Sequence record: MG197996.1
Length of the DNA stretch: 39,761 nucleotides
Source of the DNA: Escherichia phage APC_JM3.2
Strand: one strand, 5' to 3'
The notes below the pieces were generated by a model that saw nothing but the letters and a program-made list of their open reading frames with translations, did not search any database and was not told the origin of the DNA. The position numbers and the translations under genes are program-made. Shown in pieces: positions 22,304-32,453 of the stretch (position 1 is its first letter; each line of letters begins with the position of its first letter).

Positions 22304-25039
22304 ATGGCTAATTACCGTGATTTGTTAGAGCAGGCTGGCGCACGTTACGGTGTGCCAGAAGGGTTGATGACTGCACTGGGTGCCAAGGAGTCTTCTTACA
22401 ACCCTGCCGCAGTAAGCTCCGCAGGGGCTGTAGGATTGACTCAGGTCATGCCTGGGACATGGCGTGATATGGGTTATACCGATGAGCAAATGCAAAACCC
22501 CGAATATCAGGCTGACGCTGGCGCGCGCTATCTGGCAAAGATGTACCAGCAGTTTGGTAACTGGCGTGATGCTCTTCAGGCTTATCACGACGGTCCCGGC
22601 AACGTTATGAAGGCAAAGCGTGGTGAATATACGCCAGGACCTGAAGGCCGCGGTTACGTTGATGATCGCTTTGCTCAATGGGCGGGTGACCCGGTGACAG
22701 ACTCAACAGTCGAACAGCGCGCCACCTCTGCAAAGGTACATCCTCAGCAAGACCCTAACAACCCGTTTGCACAACTGGAAGCACAGTCATCCGAACAAGT
22801 ATCGGCATCAGGCGTGCAGTCAGACCCAAATAATCCATTTGCTCAGATTGAGCAGCAGGCAGCCAGTCAGCAGCCACCTCAACCAGTAAGTTCTGTCGCA
22901 CCGAAACCTGTTCAGCAACAAACAGTTAATCAGGCCAATAATGAACCAGCACGTGAAGAACCATCATTGATGCAACAAGCTGGCGATTGGCTCACAGGTG
23001 GTCAAAGTGCAGGGCAAATTGCAGAGCAGGTTGGTCGTGGTCTGGTAAACATACCATTTGACGTATTGCAGGGTGGCGCAAGTCTGATTAATGCAATCAG
23101 CCAGGGGCTTGGTGGCCCCAAGGTTTTGGACGATGTCTATCGTCCAGTAGAACGACCGACAGATCCTTATGCGCAAGCTGGAGAGTCAATAGGCGGTTAT
23201 CTTGTTCCTGGGGCAGGAGTAGCTGGAAACATGGTCATTGGTTCTCTCGCTGACGCGGCGAATCAACGGGGTGATTTTGCCGAAAATGCTGCTATTAATG
23301 CCGGACTTAACATTGCTACGCATGGCCTGATAAATGGCGTTACCCTTGGTGTTCGTGGTGCATCAAATATAATTAGTGGCAATAAAACATCTGCACAGAG
23401 AGCGACCACTGCGGCAACAGAAACATCACCATTCTCCGGTGATACCGCTGCAGCAACAAATCCTGCGGTTCATGCCGCAGAGGCAAGAGTAGCACAAGGT
23501 GTACCAATGACGCCTGCGACGAGGAACCCAGAGGAAGTCGTTCGCACAGTAGCAGCACAAAAAAGGCCAAATCTCGCTTCATCGCTTGATGAACTAGATA
23601 TCAATCCTCAGGCTGAAGTTCTGGAGTCTGCTGAAAGGCTTAATGTTGATTCATTACTCCCTTCACACTTTTCCGGGAACGAGCAATACAAGGCAGTTGA
23701 GCAAGCAATCAAGTCCCGTGCGGGTTCTGCTCTACAGGTGCAGGAAAATGAAGCAATCAGGCAGCTAGCACAGGGCGCGGGGGAGATAATTGATCGCGTT
23801 TCCGGTGCAAAAGATGCTCTTGGTATGAGCGACAAGTTTATTGATACGGTCAATGGAAGAATGTCTGCGCTGATGAAACGAAGCGACCAGCTTTATCGCA
23901 ATGTTGAAAAGGCGATGCCTGCAGGTGCAAAAATTGATGCGCCATCAACAAGGTCAATGCTCAAACAGGTGGCAGAAGATCTTGGCGGGATGAAAAACCT
24001 TGACCCTATTGAAAAGAGAGTCTTTCGGGCAGTTAATCCAGGTAAGAACGGCGCATTAACTTATGCAAATCTCAATAAGCAACGACGACTTGTTGGTGAT
24101 GCACTTCATAAGAATTCTGGACCATATAAAGATGCTGATCGCGCTGCTTTATCGAGGCTTTACGGTTCGCTCGCCGATGATCAAAAGGCGGCGCTGTCAG
24201 AGACAAATGCATTACGTGATTTTGAAGTTGCTCAGAGGCTTGTTCAGATGCGAAAAAGCATGGAAGAGCAAATGATTAATCTAACTGGCAGAACGCTGAA
24301 CGGTGATGTTTCTCGCAAAGCAACTACAGCACTACAGGCAATGTCGAAAGGCGATGCCAAAGGATTTCGTGAATTGATGCAAAACACGCCGTCCAGGAAG
24401 CTAAGAACCGAGCTACTGGGAACAGGTCTTCGGGATATGCTTTCGAACGGAAAACGTGGCGCTGATTTTAATCCTGCAGGGTTTGCTGATTGGTATCAAA
24501 ACATGTTAGCAAACGGGCAGATGCGCAACCTTGCCCGACATTTACCAAAAGAGACTATGTCAGGTCTGAACGATGTATATAAGGTCGCAAAGGCTATCAA
24601 AGACGCAAAATCTTACGAGATAACTACAGGAAGACTAAACGAGTTCGTCAAACGGTTTAATCGCGTCACTGCGGCAAATGAATTTGTTGCTAACCATGCC
24701 CAACGCATTGGCACTGCGGTTGGTTCAACTGTGTCAGGACCGTTCAGTGCAGTAGGTGCTGTTGCTGGGTCAGAAATTGGGGCAAAAGTCGCCAGCAAAA
24801 TCAGGGCGATGGGCGGCGCTGCATCAATGGAATCTGCAGAAAAGCTAATTAGCTCACCAGAATTCCAGAAAGCAGCAAGGCTGGCAGTAAAACAAGCACC
24901 AGAAAGCATCGTTGATACAACTGTAAGACGCTCTTCTGCTTGGCGCTCGTTTTACAACTCACTTCCAGAATCAGATAAGAAAACCATATCAAGGCTAGGC
25001 ATCATGTACTGGATGAACAGTGATAATAACCAGAAGTAA
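22304..25039 (+). CDS. Ejection protein (gp16 position) with N-terminal soluble lytic transglycosylase domain
   Basis: 911-aa ORF; N-terminus [38 protein letters not shown]... is an SLT-type motif (E-S-S-Y, GLTQ); internal DPNNPFAQ duplication. Confidence 0.8.
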   Translation: MANYRDLLEQAGARYGVPEGLMTALGAKESSYNPAAVSSAGAVGLTQVMPGTWRDMGYTDEQMQNPEYQADAGARYLAKMYQQFGNWRDALQAYHDGPGNVMKAKRGEYTPGPEGRGYVDDRFAQWAGDPVTDSTVEQRATSAKVHPQQDPNNPFAQLEAQSSEQVSASGVQSDPNNPFAQIEQQAASQQPPQPVSSVAPKPVQQQTVNQANNEPAREEPSLMQQAGDWLTGGQSAGQIAEQVGRGLVNIPFDVLQGGASLINAISQGLGGPKVLDDVYRPVERPTDPYAQAGESIGGYLVPGAGVAGNMVIGSLADAANQRGDFAENAAINAGLNIATHGLINGVTLGVRGASNIISGNKTSAQRATTAATETSPFSGDTAAATNPAVHAAEARVAQGVPMTPATRNPEEVVRTVAAQKRPNLASSLDELDINPQAEVLESAERLNVDSLLPSHFSGNEQYKAVEQAIKSRAGSALQVQENEAIRQLAQGAGEIIDRVSGAKDALGMSDKFIDTVNGRMSALMKRSDQLYRNVEKAMPAGAKIDAPSTRSMLKQVAEDLGGMKNLDPIEKRVFRAVNPGKNGALTYANLNKQRRLVGDALHKNSGPYKDADRAALSRLYGSLADDQKAALSETNALRDFEVAQRLVQMRKSMEEQMINLTGRTLNGDVSRKATTALQAMSKGDAKGFRELMQNTPSRKLRTELLGTGLRDMLSNGKRGADFNPAGFADWYQNMLANGQMRNLARHLPKETMSGLNDVYKVAKAIKDAKSYEITTGRLNEFVKRFNRVTAANEFVANHAQRIGTAVGSTVSGPFSAVGAVAGSEIGAKVASKIRAMGGAASMESAEKLISSPEFQKAARLAVKQAPESIVDTTVRRSSAWRSFYNSLPESDKKTISRLGIMYWMNSDNNQK

Positions 25040-25317
25040 CGGAAAGCCACGGATGGTTAGTTGCAGTCTTTTTTATATAAATCTCTGTCCATAAATCCTC
25101 CTGTTTACCAAAACTATATCAAACTTTAACGCAATGCTGCGCAACTTAAGTGACTGTCAGGTTGATAACAGACACTCTTTTTTGCATGATTCCTTTAGAC
25201 CATCACAATTGATGAAGAATCATGAAAAGAAGAACTCTTCTAAAGTCTTTGCTCGGCCTGACGTCACTCTTACCAGTTAAGTTTGCAGCATCTCAAAACC
25301 TGCAAGGTAAAAGTATA

Positions 25318-27216
25318 ATGTCAGACATTACACCCAATGTTGTAGTGAGTATGCCTTCGCAACTCTTCACTATGGCTCGTTCTTTTAAAGCCGTAGCTAA
25401 TGGAAAGATTTATATCGGGAAAATTGACGCTGACCCGGTAAACACTGAAAACCAGATTCAGGTTTATGTAGAGAACGAAGATGGTTCTCACGTTCCTGTT
25501 TCGCAACCAATCATCATTAACGCTGCTGGATATCCGGTATATAACGGACAGATTGCTAAATTCGTTACCGTGCAAGGCCATTCTATGGCTGTTTATGATG
25601 CCTATGGTGCTCAGCAATTCTATTTCCCAAACGTGCTGAAGTATGACCCGGACCAGGCATTGCCAGCATTTAAGGCTGATTTGACTGGTCCTGATGGTGC
25701 TGCCCTTGTTGGTTATGGAGATTCCACTGTCGAGGCAGAGTTAGACATCCTGACTGCATCTAATGGGTGGTACGTAACTCCTGATCAGTTCGGCGCGAAG
25801 GGTGATGGCACTACCGATGACACAGCGGCGATTAGTGCGGCAATTGCTGAGTGTGCTTCTACAGGGAAAACATTGCTCCTGCTTAATAAACGCTATGTGT
25901 GGAATGGGCCAACCACATCCACCGATAAAATATCCGTTATGGGAGTCCGTCGCCCAAGTCCTGACGCGACGCTATCCAAGCTGGAAAACGGCAGCATCAT
26001 TGTCGGTACCATGATATTTTCCGGAACTCGTGTTCAGGTGCAAAACTTTGGTGTAGACCACGGTTCAGCCACATTCACTTCTGGTGGTGATGCGCTAGTG
26101 CTTTCCGCAACTGGAAAGAATGGGCTGTTTGGTATCATCCGAAACTGTGTAGGTCTTGGAAGAAACTCATCTGACGCTTACCATGCAATTCTCTGTGAGG
26201 GTTACAAATACTCAACGGTGAGAGATATCATTGGCTGCCAGAACTTATATGGCTATGCACAGAAATGTAATTATTCCGTATCAAGCGGTATTGTAGTAAA
26301 AAACAACCAAAACGGAATAATCATCAAATCAGACAGTGTATTTGGCGATGGAAGCCAATCAATTCTTAGTGATGCTGTTATTGATGGTAATGGATTAACA
26401 TCTATTGGCGTTTGGGTTTTCTCGATGGATGCACAACTTCAAAAAGTAAACATAAGTAACGTGACCTCGTCTGGTTGCTCTTATGATATCGTGGTGCAGG
26501 CTGCTGAGAGCGTCATTAATGAAATTAATATTAATAACGTAGCTACGAGTTTATCACGCATTGCATCAATCTGCCTGGCTGGAACTGCAGTTGATAAAAT
26601 TTACACAGCCAATATCAGCAATGTTGCTATAGGTGAAGCAGCGGGACTGCTAATAGATGCCCAGACATGTAACTTCCTTAACCTGACAAACGTAACTGGA
26701 CGAATAACAAACGAATCAACGCATGCTAACGACTCAATAAACATTGGAGCATTAGTAGGAAGCTCTAACATTAGCAACGTGTTCCCTACCATCAACTACA
26801 GTCAGGATGTACTTGCTGGCATTACCTATCTTAATAACTATAAAAACAACACGCTTACCAATTATAAGGCGAACGTGTTTGGTGTTGGGGCTCCGAAACC
26901 AGGTTACGACACGCAAAACATTGATACCAATGTCGGAAGCATGTACCTGAGGAGCAGTGCAACTAACTCTTCATTCCTGAGGTTAACGCCACTTAGTAAC
27001 TCATCCATTACGACGCTTAACATCACCACTCAAGCAGGTGGAGTGATAAGCCCGGGTTACACATGGTGGTTACAAAACGCATCACCATCATTCACGCTGT
27101 CTATAGTTCCATCATCAGGAGGTCACATCGTCACTTCAGGCAACTCTACCAAGGTGCTTAGCGGTGGAGACAAGATAGGATTCATGTTCGACGGAGAGAC
27201 ATGGATTCAGATTTGA
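25318..27216 (+). CDS. Tailspike protein: conserved P22-family head-binding domain plus divergent right-handed beta-helix receptor domain
   Basis: N-terminus [34 protein letters not shown]... (P22-family tailspike head-binding domain); downstream [15 protein letters not shown] motif typical of pectate-lyase-fold depolymerases. Confidence 0.85.
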   Translation: MSDITPNVVVSMPSQLFTMARSFKAVANGKIYIGKIDADPVNTENQIQVYVENEDGSHVPVSQPIIINAAGYPVYNGQIAKFVTVQGHSMAVYDAYGAQQFYFPNVLKYDPDQALPAFKADLTGPDGAALVGYGDSTVEAELDILTASNGWYVTPDQFGAKGDGTTDDTAAISAAIAECASTGKTLLLLNKRYVWNGPTTSTDKISVMGVRRPSPDATLSKLENGSIIVGTMIFSGTRVQVQNFGVDHGSATFTSGGDALVLSATGKNGLFGIIRNCVGLGRNSSDAYHAILCEGYKYSTVRDIIGCQNLYGYAQKCNYSVSSGIVVKNNQNGIIIKSDSVFGDGSQSILSDAVIDGNGLTSIGVWVFSMDAQLQKVNISNVTSSGCSYDIVVQAAESVINEININNVATSLSRIASICLAGTAVDKIYTANISNVAIGEAAGLLIDAQTCNFLNLTNVTGRITNESTHANDSINIGALVGSSNISNVFPTINYSQDVLAGITYLNNYKNNTLTNYKANVFGVGAPKPGYDTQNIDTNVGSMYLRSSATNSSFLRLTPLSNSSITTLNITTQAGGVISPGYTWWLQNASPSFTLSIVPSSGGHIVTSGNSTKVLSGGDKIGFMFDGETWIQI

Positions 27217-27484
27217 TGATGCAGCCATGGATGGCTACATGAATGGGTGGTGCTTGTTTACGAAGTAAACCAGAAGCACAAACGCGACGATGTTAATTGC
27301 AACTACAATTTTGCTATTCATCAGTGACCCCTATAGGTAGGTAAAGTTAGAGTCTCATTGATTTCCATGTACATTCAAGTCTCCATGGTCTTGCGTGTCT
27401 ATCATTCAGTCTTACACTCGTACTTCTACCACTCAAAAAATTCCCTATACGCATTCGCCTGCTTAGCAAAAGCATACTCCATTC

Positions 27485-27532
27485 TTGTTGAACTCCGCCA
27501 CCTACAAATAATTACTGTATGTGCATGCAGCG
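27485..27532 (+). promoter_or_regulatory. Candidate sigma70 promoter with overlapping LexA-like (SOS) box upstream of the UmuD'-like gene
   Basis: -35 TTGTTG 27485-27490, 17-nt spacer, -10 ATAATT 27508-27513; TACTGTATGTGCATGCAG 27513-27530 has CTG-N10-CAG and a perfect TACTGTAT left half. Confidence 0.4.
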
Positions 27533-27549
27533 ATTATCGGAGGTGCATC

Positions 27550-27846
27550 ATGGGATTCCCCAGTCCTGCACAAGACTGCATAGAGGAGCACATATCGATC
27601 GACAAGCGCATCATATCGAGGCCAGTGGCTACCTACTTCATGAAAACGGGGGCAACACACTACCGGGAAGGCATCCTAAGTGGCGCTCTCTTTGCCGTTG
27701 ATGCATCTTTGAACCCATGTGATGGCTCATTGCTGGTTTGTGCAACTGATGGTGAGTTCAGAATTAAGCGTTACCTGACATACCCGCAACCGCATCTGGA
27801 AAATCTGGATAACGGAAAGAGGGAGAGGATTCCTGACAAGAATTAG
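27550..27846 (+). CDS. UmuD'-like (peptidase S24 fold) protein lacking the catalytic serine, C-terminally shortened
   Basis: 98-aa ORF, GGAGGT RBS 7 nt upstream; MGFPSPAQDCIEE..PVATYF..DGEFRIKRY aligns by eye to E. coli UmuD from Gly25 (the UmuD' N-terminus); GDSM serine site replaced by ATHY. Confidence 0.65.
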   Translation: MGFPSPAQDCIEEHISIDKRIISRPVATYFMKTGATHYREGILSGALFAVDASLNPCDGSLLVCATDGEFRIKRYLTYPQPHLENLDNGKRERIPDKN

Positions 27847-27951
27847 GCCTCTGAGACTTCTCGACCTGTATTTGTGGTGATCACCTACATCATCAACGAT
27901 GCGCGTGCAGGTTAGTTTGATGACTACCCGCTGAAGTGAAAATTGTGTTGT

Positions 27952-28245
27952 GTACCAAATTGCGTACCAAACTAAAATCACAAATCATGAAACCCTTGTT
28001 CATGGCGGTTCTCAGGGGTGTTGCGCGTAATCGTGAAAGAGGAAGGTAGGTTGTTTATCTGTGTCTGTCATTGTCTAGCATTGTCCACTGTAGTTAATTA
28101 ACTGTATGTTATAACTCGAAAAACAACCCTTTTTTAACCTGAGTATGTCTACGAACGTCAAATATAGTTGTTTACTGTGCGCTGTTGTCCATGTGATATT
28201 GTGTACCAGATGTGTACCAAACTATTATTTCTGAGCGTACCAAAT
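27952..28245. repeat. attP: attP-like region with five direct arm-type repeats GTACCA(A/G)A(T/C) upstream of int
   Basis: GTACCAAAT 27952-27960, GTACCAAAC 27964-27972, GTACCAGAT 28203-28211, GTACCAAAC 28214-28222, GTACCAAAT 28237-28245. Confidence 0.45.
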
Positions 28246-28252
28246 ATTATTT

Positions 28253-29431
28253 ATGGCTATAAGCGACACAAAACTGCGTACTATTTATGGTAAACCATAT
28301 TCGGGCCCACAAGAAGTGGCTGATGCCGATGGCCTCAGCGTACGAATTTCACCGAAGGGGGTCATCCAGTTCCAGTACCGCTATCGCTGGCATGGCAAGC
28401 CTAATCGACTTGGGCTTGGTCGATACCCATCCCTGTCTTTGAAGGATGCCAGACAGATCACTGCTGACTTGCGAAAGCTCTATTTCTCAGGAACGGATCC
28501 ACGCACTTATTTTGAAGAGAAGGTGGAGAACTCCATGACGGTCGCCCAGTGTCTTGACTACTGGTTCGACAACTACGTCTCTACAACTCTCAGAGAAAAG
28601 ACCCAGGCACTTTACCGATCAACGGTTATGAAGCGCATGCATGACGCCTTTCCTAATCGTCCGGCATCTTCTATCACGGTTAAGCAATGGGTTGACCTGC
28701 TTACCGAAGAAGAAAGAGATAATCCACGCCGAGCAAGGCAGGTGCTAAGCCAACTAAGATCAGCAATAAGTTGGTGCATGCGGCGTCAGTTGATAGATAG
28801 TTGCGCAATTATGAGCATCCAACCAAGGGACTTCGGCTCCCGCGCTGAGGTAGGGGATCGGGTACTGTCGTATCACGAACTGGCTAAGATTTGGCTTGCT
28901 ATTGAAAGAAGCCGTGCGTCTACCTCAAATAAGCTACTTCATCAGATGCTTATGCTGTGGGGGGCGAGGCTCTCAGAGCTTAGGCTGGCAAAAAAGACAG
29001 AATTTGACCTACTGGAAAACGTATGGACCGTACCGAAAGAGCATAGCAAGATGGGTAATGTTATCCGCCGTCCAATCTTCGAACAAATTAAGCCTTTCCT
29101 CGAAAAGGCCATGACAACGTACAATGATGTTCTTTTCTCTGGAGAAGACATAAACAAACCGATCAGCATCGCTGCAGCCAACCGATTCGTAAATAGAATA
29201 AGGGGAGGGATGGATCTCGGTTACTGGCGAACACACGATTTCAGAAGAACGCTTGTTACACGTCTGTCCGAGATGAATGTCGAGCCTCATGTTACTGAGC
29301 GAATGCTCGGTCATGAACTTGGCGGGATAATGTCCGTATACAATAAACACGACTGGATAGAGGCTCAGCGCAAAGCGTATGAGCTTCACGCTGATAAATT
29401 GTTCTGGCACATCAGGAGCATTTCTGATTAA
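28253..29431 (+). CDS. int: Tyrosine integrase (arm-binding N-terminal domain, P4/CP4-57-like)
   Basis: 392-aa ORF; N-terminal DGLSVRISPKGVIQFQYRYRW... arm-binding type; C-terminal catalytic region with HDFRRT and VYNKH (catalytic Tyr). Confidence 0.9.
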   Translation: MAISDTKLRTIYGKPYSGPQEVADADGLSVRISPKGVIQFQYRYRWHGKPNRLGLGRYPSLSLKDARQITADLRKLYFSGTDPRTYFEEKVENSMTVAQCLDYWFDNYVSTTLREKTQALYRSTVMKRMHDAFPNRPASSITVKQWVDLLTEEERDNPRRARQVLSQLRSAISWCMRRQLIDSCAIMSIQPRDFGSRAEVGDRVLSYHELAKIWLAIERSRASTSNKLLHQMLMLWGARLSELRLAKKTEFDLLENVWTVPKEHSKMGNVIRRPIFEQIKPFLEKAMTTYNDVLFSGEDINKPISIAAANRFVNRIRGGMDLGYWRTHDFRRTLVTRLSEMNVEPHVTERMLGHELGGIMSVYNKHDWIEAQRKAYELHADKLFWHIRSISD

Positions 29432-29603
29432 CGCCACCGTTAAGAATCCACCCCTCAACAGCTTCACGAAGGTATGATTTGGGGTGGGTTCTGACTGGCT
29501 TCGGAAATCCGTGCCGTTTGGTATAGTTCCAGATTGTCTGACGTGATGAAACACCGAGCTTGTTCATCACTTCTTTCTCAGGAATCAGGCTGGTATCGGT
29601 CAT
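29412..29603 (-). CDS. xis: Excisionase / AlpA-family DNA-binding protein
   Basis: 63-aa ORF KEVMNKLGVSSRQTIWNYTKRHGFPKPV... (AlpA-type HTH); converges on and overlaps int 3' end by 20 nt; GGAG RBS. Confidence 0.75.
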   Translation of the reverse strand: MTDTSLIPEKEVMNKLGVSSRQTIWNYTKRHGFPKPVRTHPKSYLREAVEGWILNGGVNQKCS

Positions 29604-29614
29604 CTTAATTCTCC

Positions 29615-29642
29615 AGGCAAAAAGAAACCGCCATCAGGCGGC
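29615..29642 (-). terminator. Intrinsic terminator on minus strand immediately upstream of xis
   Basis: Minus-strand RNA GCCGCC-UGAU-GGCGGU followed by UUUCUUUUUG. Confidence 0.5.
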
Positions 29643-29801
29643 TTGGTGTTCTTTCAGTTCTTCAATTCGAATATTGGTTACTTCTGCATGTGCTATCTGC
29701 GCCCATATCATCCAGTGGTCATAGCAGTCGTTGATGTTCTCGGCTTCGATAACCCTGTCGAATGGCTCTCCATTCCATTCACCTGTGACTCGGAAGTGCA
29801 T
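29634..29801 (-). CDS. Small hypothetical protein (55 aa), stop codon inside terminator loop
   Basis: Hand-translated MHFRVTGEWNGEPFDRVIEAENINDCYDHWMIWAQIAHAEVTNIRIEELKEHQAA; below ORF-track cutoff; GGAG about 8 nt upstream. Confidence 0.3.
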   Translation of the reverse strand: MHFRVTGEWNGEPFDRVIEAENINDCYDHWMIWAQIAHAEVTNIRIEELKEHQAA

Positions 29802-29873
29802 TTATCATCTCCATAAAACAAAACTCGCCGTAGCGAGTTCAGATAAAAGAAATCCCCGCGAGTTCGAGGATTG

Positions 29874-30158
29874 TTATTCATTGCCGATATTCACCTTTAT
29901 CGCGAACACCTTTACCGGTTTATCGCCGAAGTGCGGATGTGTGATTGTCTTGATTTCATATCCGTCATACGGAACATCAATTCTACGGCTGGAATCGTCG
30001 CGCTTCGGATATCCCTTTGTGATAATCAGGCGGTCATATTCCCGGAACATAATTCGCTTATTCCAGTAGTCATTACACAGGCGATACTCTTCCGTTTTCT
30101 CTCCTCGAATCATGGCATCGAAGTATTCACCTTTGACGGCAAGTTGAAGGTTAGCCAC
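29874..30158 (-). CDS. Hypothetical protein (94 aa)
   Basis: GTG start 6 nt after AGGAGG; stop/start overlap with upstream gene. Confidence 0.5.
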   Translation of the reverse strand: MANLQLAVKGEYFDAMIRGEKTEEYRLCNDYWNKRIMFREYDRLIITKGYPKRDDSSRRIDVPYDGYEIKTITHPHFGDKPVKVFAIKVNIGNE

Positions 30159-30846
30159 GGTTAACCTCCTGCGGCGGTTCTGGTAGCGGCATCCAGTGTG
30201 ATGGTATCCACGACGCACCAGGAATTATCCACCCATCATTAGCGTCAGGATGCCCAGGGATGTAAGTCGCCCATTTCATTCGCCAGCCACCTTTCCTGTC
30301 AAACTCCCTGGCAACAAGAACGGCTGTTTTGCTATCCGGCATTCGCTCACTACAGCTTATCCAACCATCCGGAGTTACCGGAGAGTTGCCAGCCAGTCTA
30401 CGCAAAACAGCCTTAACAGCCTCAATACGCTCATCATCGCAACTTTCTGCAGTATCTATGCGGTCGAGCATGATGATGGCGTTATCAATATCAGGATTGC
30501 CAGTCCACTCATTACCGCGATTGGATTCGGCAGCCTGGTTGCGCATAATCTCAGGCGTAAGCTCTTTGTAAGCATAAGCAAGAGGCTCTGATGCATTATC
30601 CGGCACAACCGACGCAGGCGCGGCAGCATAAACAGGAATAACGTCCGCTTGCTCTTTATTGCTTTCATCCGTTAAAGCCCAGAATAATTTCCCGGCCGGA
30701 TGTTTGAAAATATAAGCAACTGGATCTGCTTCCAGCGATGCCAGTGCAATTTCATAAGCCCGGCGTTCAATATTGTCTCGAACGTCCAGGCTGCTGATAC
30801 GCTCTTTGATTTCTTTAATCAGTTCTTTGTCGGTGAAAGTGGTCAT
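30151..30846 (-). CDS. DUF551-type prophage protein
   Basis: 231-aa ORF; C-terminal region ..GWISCSERMPDSKTAVLV...GWIIPGASWIPSHWMPLPEPP resembles the DUF551 signature as recalled. Confidence 0.6.
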   Translation of the reverse strand: MTTFTDKELIKEIKERISSLDVRDNIERRAYEIALASLEADPVAYIFKHPAGKLFWALTDESNKEQADVIPVYAAAPASVVPDNASEPLAYAYKELTPEIMRNQAAESNRGNEWTGNPDIDNAIIMLDRIDTAESCDDERIEAVKAVLRRLAGNSPVTPDGWISCSERMPDSKTAVLVAREFDRKGGWRMKWATYIPGHPDANDGWIIPGASWIPSHWMPLPEPPQEVNRG

Positions 30847-30856
30847 AAATTATGTC

Positions 30857-31093
30857 TCAGTTGTATCCGATTGGATTAACCGCAACAATAACGCCATCCG
30901 CGAACAAATCTTTAATGAGGTGTTCGCTCGGCTCGCCTTTTTCGTACTCTTCAATAAGGTAAGTGTCTCCATCCTCATTGATATAAACTGGAAGAATGGA
31001 ACCGTTGATGAAGTAGGTTCCGTTGTTATCGAGGATTTTTGCCTCGGCGATTTGTTTTTTGGTAAAACGATCTTCTTTTTTCAAAGTTGCCAT
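30857..31093 (-). CDS. Hypothetical protein (78 aa)
   Basis: ORF from internal ATG (MATLKKEDRF...), 1 nt after upstream gene stop. Confidence 0.45.
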   Translation of the reverse strand: MATLKKEDRFTKKQIAEAKILDNNGTYFINGSILPVYINEDGDTYLIEEYEKGEPSEHLIKDLFADGVIVAVNPIGYN

Positions 31094-31094
31094 A

Positions 31095-31658
31095 TCACTC
31101 TCCTTTGATGCGAATGCCAGCGACGCGTGGCACATTAACTTCCACAATGCGCACAGTTGGTTTGTACATCTCAATCGCAGTCAGCCAGTCAGCGCCAGTC
31201 ATGCGCTTTCCTGCATCGCCATTAGTCCACTTAACCGGTACACCAATAGCCTTCATCGCGATTTCTATTTCCCCGGCAATGGCGCTTTTTCCGCAACCAG
31301 TAAAACCAGATACAACGACCAGAACTTCACCTTTGGCTGGTTTTATTTCCCGCGCTTCCAGTTCTGCTATGCGCTTACTTCCATCCGAGATAACACCTTC
31401 GTAATACTCACGCTGCTCGTTGAGTTTTGATTTTGCTTCCTCAAGCTCAACTCTCAGCTTCCCTACCGTTAGCGCAATATCCTCGTTCTCCTGGTCACGG
31501 CGTTTTATGTATTGCTGGTTTCTTTCCTGTTCATCCAGCAGTTCCAGCACAATCGATGGTGTTACCAACTCATGGAAAAGGTCCGCGTCAAATCCCCAGT
31601 CGTCATGCATTGCCTGCTCTGCCGCCTCACGCAGTGCCTGATAGTCAATCTTGTTCAT
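31095..31658 (-). CDS. Ead/Ea22-like early protein
   Basis: 187-aa ORF MNKIDYQALREAAEQAMHDDWGF... with central coiled-coil; N-terminal motif recalled from Ead/Ea22-like prophage proteins. Confidence 0.55.
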   Translation of the reverse strand: MNKIDYQALREAAEQAMHDDWGFDADLFHELVTPSIVLELLDEQERNQQYIKRRDQENEDIALTVGKLRVELEEAKSKLNEQREYYEGVISDGSKRIAELEAREIKPAKGEVLVVVSGFTGCGKSAIAGEIEIAMKAIGVPVKWTNGDAGKRMTGADWLTAIEMYKPTVRIVEVNVPRVAGIRIKGE

Positions 31659-31659
31659 A

Positions 31660-31959
31660 TCACATCACCCTGAAGCCGTTGCATTTACGTAAAAAATCGC
31701 AGATATAGCCCTTCATTTTTTCGTGCCAATCTCGATCATTCCCATTGCACCAACCATCAGGTGGAGTCCAGTTTTCTATCAGAGCAGCCATTTTCTTTGC
31801 TTTCGCCGGAGTAGCTGTTGCGGTATCGCAGTAATGACGAGTGTCAACCAACGCATCCATACCATCGATATCAAGTACGCAAAACCATGTGTGATTCGGA
31901 ATTCCTACAGGTGGTATTTGTTGCCCACGTCGACGTTTATCAATAAGATATACACTCAC
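31660..31959 (-). CDS. Hypothetical protein (99 aa)
   Basis: GTG start 6 nt after AAGGAGG; several Cys/His residues. Confidence 0.55.
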   Translation of the reverse strand: MSVYLIDKRRRGQQIPPVGIPNHTWFCVLDIDGMDALVDTRHYCDTATATPAKAKKMAALIENWTPPDGWCNGNDRDWHEKMKGYICDFLRKCNGFRVM

Positions 31960-32156
31960 TGCTTGCCTCCTTTACGCCACATCGCATTCAGATATTTGTT
32001 TTGATTCACTGAAGGAAAAGAATTTCTCTTAAGCAATTCCTCTCTCGATGGCATTGGCTTTACGCGTTGGCGAATAATCATTTCTGCCGGAAGAATGCCG
32101 GGATTGTATGCAAGTCCTCTCATGGTAAATTCCTCAGTCATTACTGATAGCGCCAT
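31956..32156 (-). CDS. Hypothetical protein (about 66 aa)
   Basis: In-frame [13 protein letters not shown]... overlapping stop of upstream gene; start uncertain. Confidence 0.4.
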   Translation of the reverse strand: MALSVMTEEFTMRGLAYNPGILPAEMIIRQRVKPMPSREELLKRNSFPSVNQNKYLNAMWRKGGKQ

Positions 32157-32430
32157 AGCGTGAGCGGTAATTACGCAGGCGCGGGTCGATATATTCAGGG
32201 AAGTGGGTATATGTGGCTTTGCGGAATGGTCGGATTGATGTCTGGTAAATTCGCTCGCGTTCTTCTTTCTCTGCAAGCCATATACAATGGCGAAATTCCT
32301 TTTCCTCTTTCGTTTCCTGCGGTAGCGACATTATCCGATCGTAGTTTTTTCTGAATTTATCCAGCACCTCCGATACGGAATTGCCGGAACAGCGGCGCGG
32401 GTCATCCGCACCATACTGAGGCGCTGGCAT
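32134..32430 (-). CDS. Hypothetical protein (98 aa)
   Basis: ORF in operon context; basic, no recognised domain. Confidence 0.5.
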   Translation of the reverse strand: MPAPQYGADDPRRCSGNSVSEVLDKFRKNYDRIMSLPQETKEEKEFRHCIWLAEKEERERIYQTSIRPFRKATYTHFPEYIDPRLRNYRSRYGAISND

Positions 32431-32453
32431 AATGGGAGCCTTATTTTCAGTAA

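Noticed and set aside
25222-25317. In-frame N-terminal extension of the tailspike ([25 protein letters not shown]...) resembling a signal peptide
   Set aside because: The conserved P22-family tailspike N-terminus begins at the ATG at 25318; virion tailspikes are not secreted, so the resemblance is probably fortuitous
27358-27549. 64-aa upstream extension of the UmuD'-like ORF
   Set aside because: The extension covers the promoter and LexA-like box, has no RBS, and homology to UmuD begins only at the internal ATG with a GGAGGT RBS
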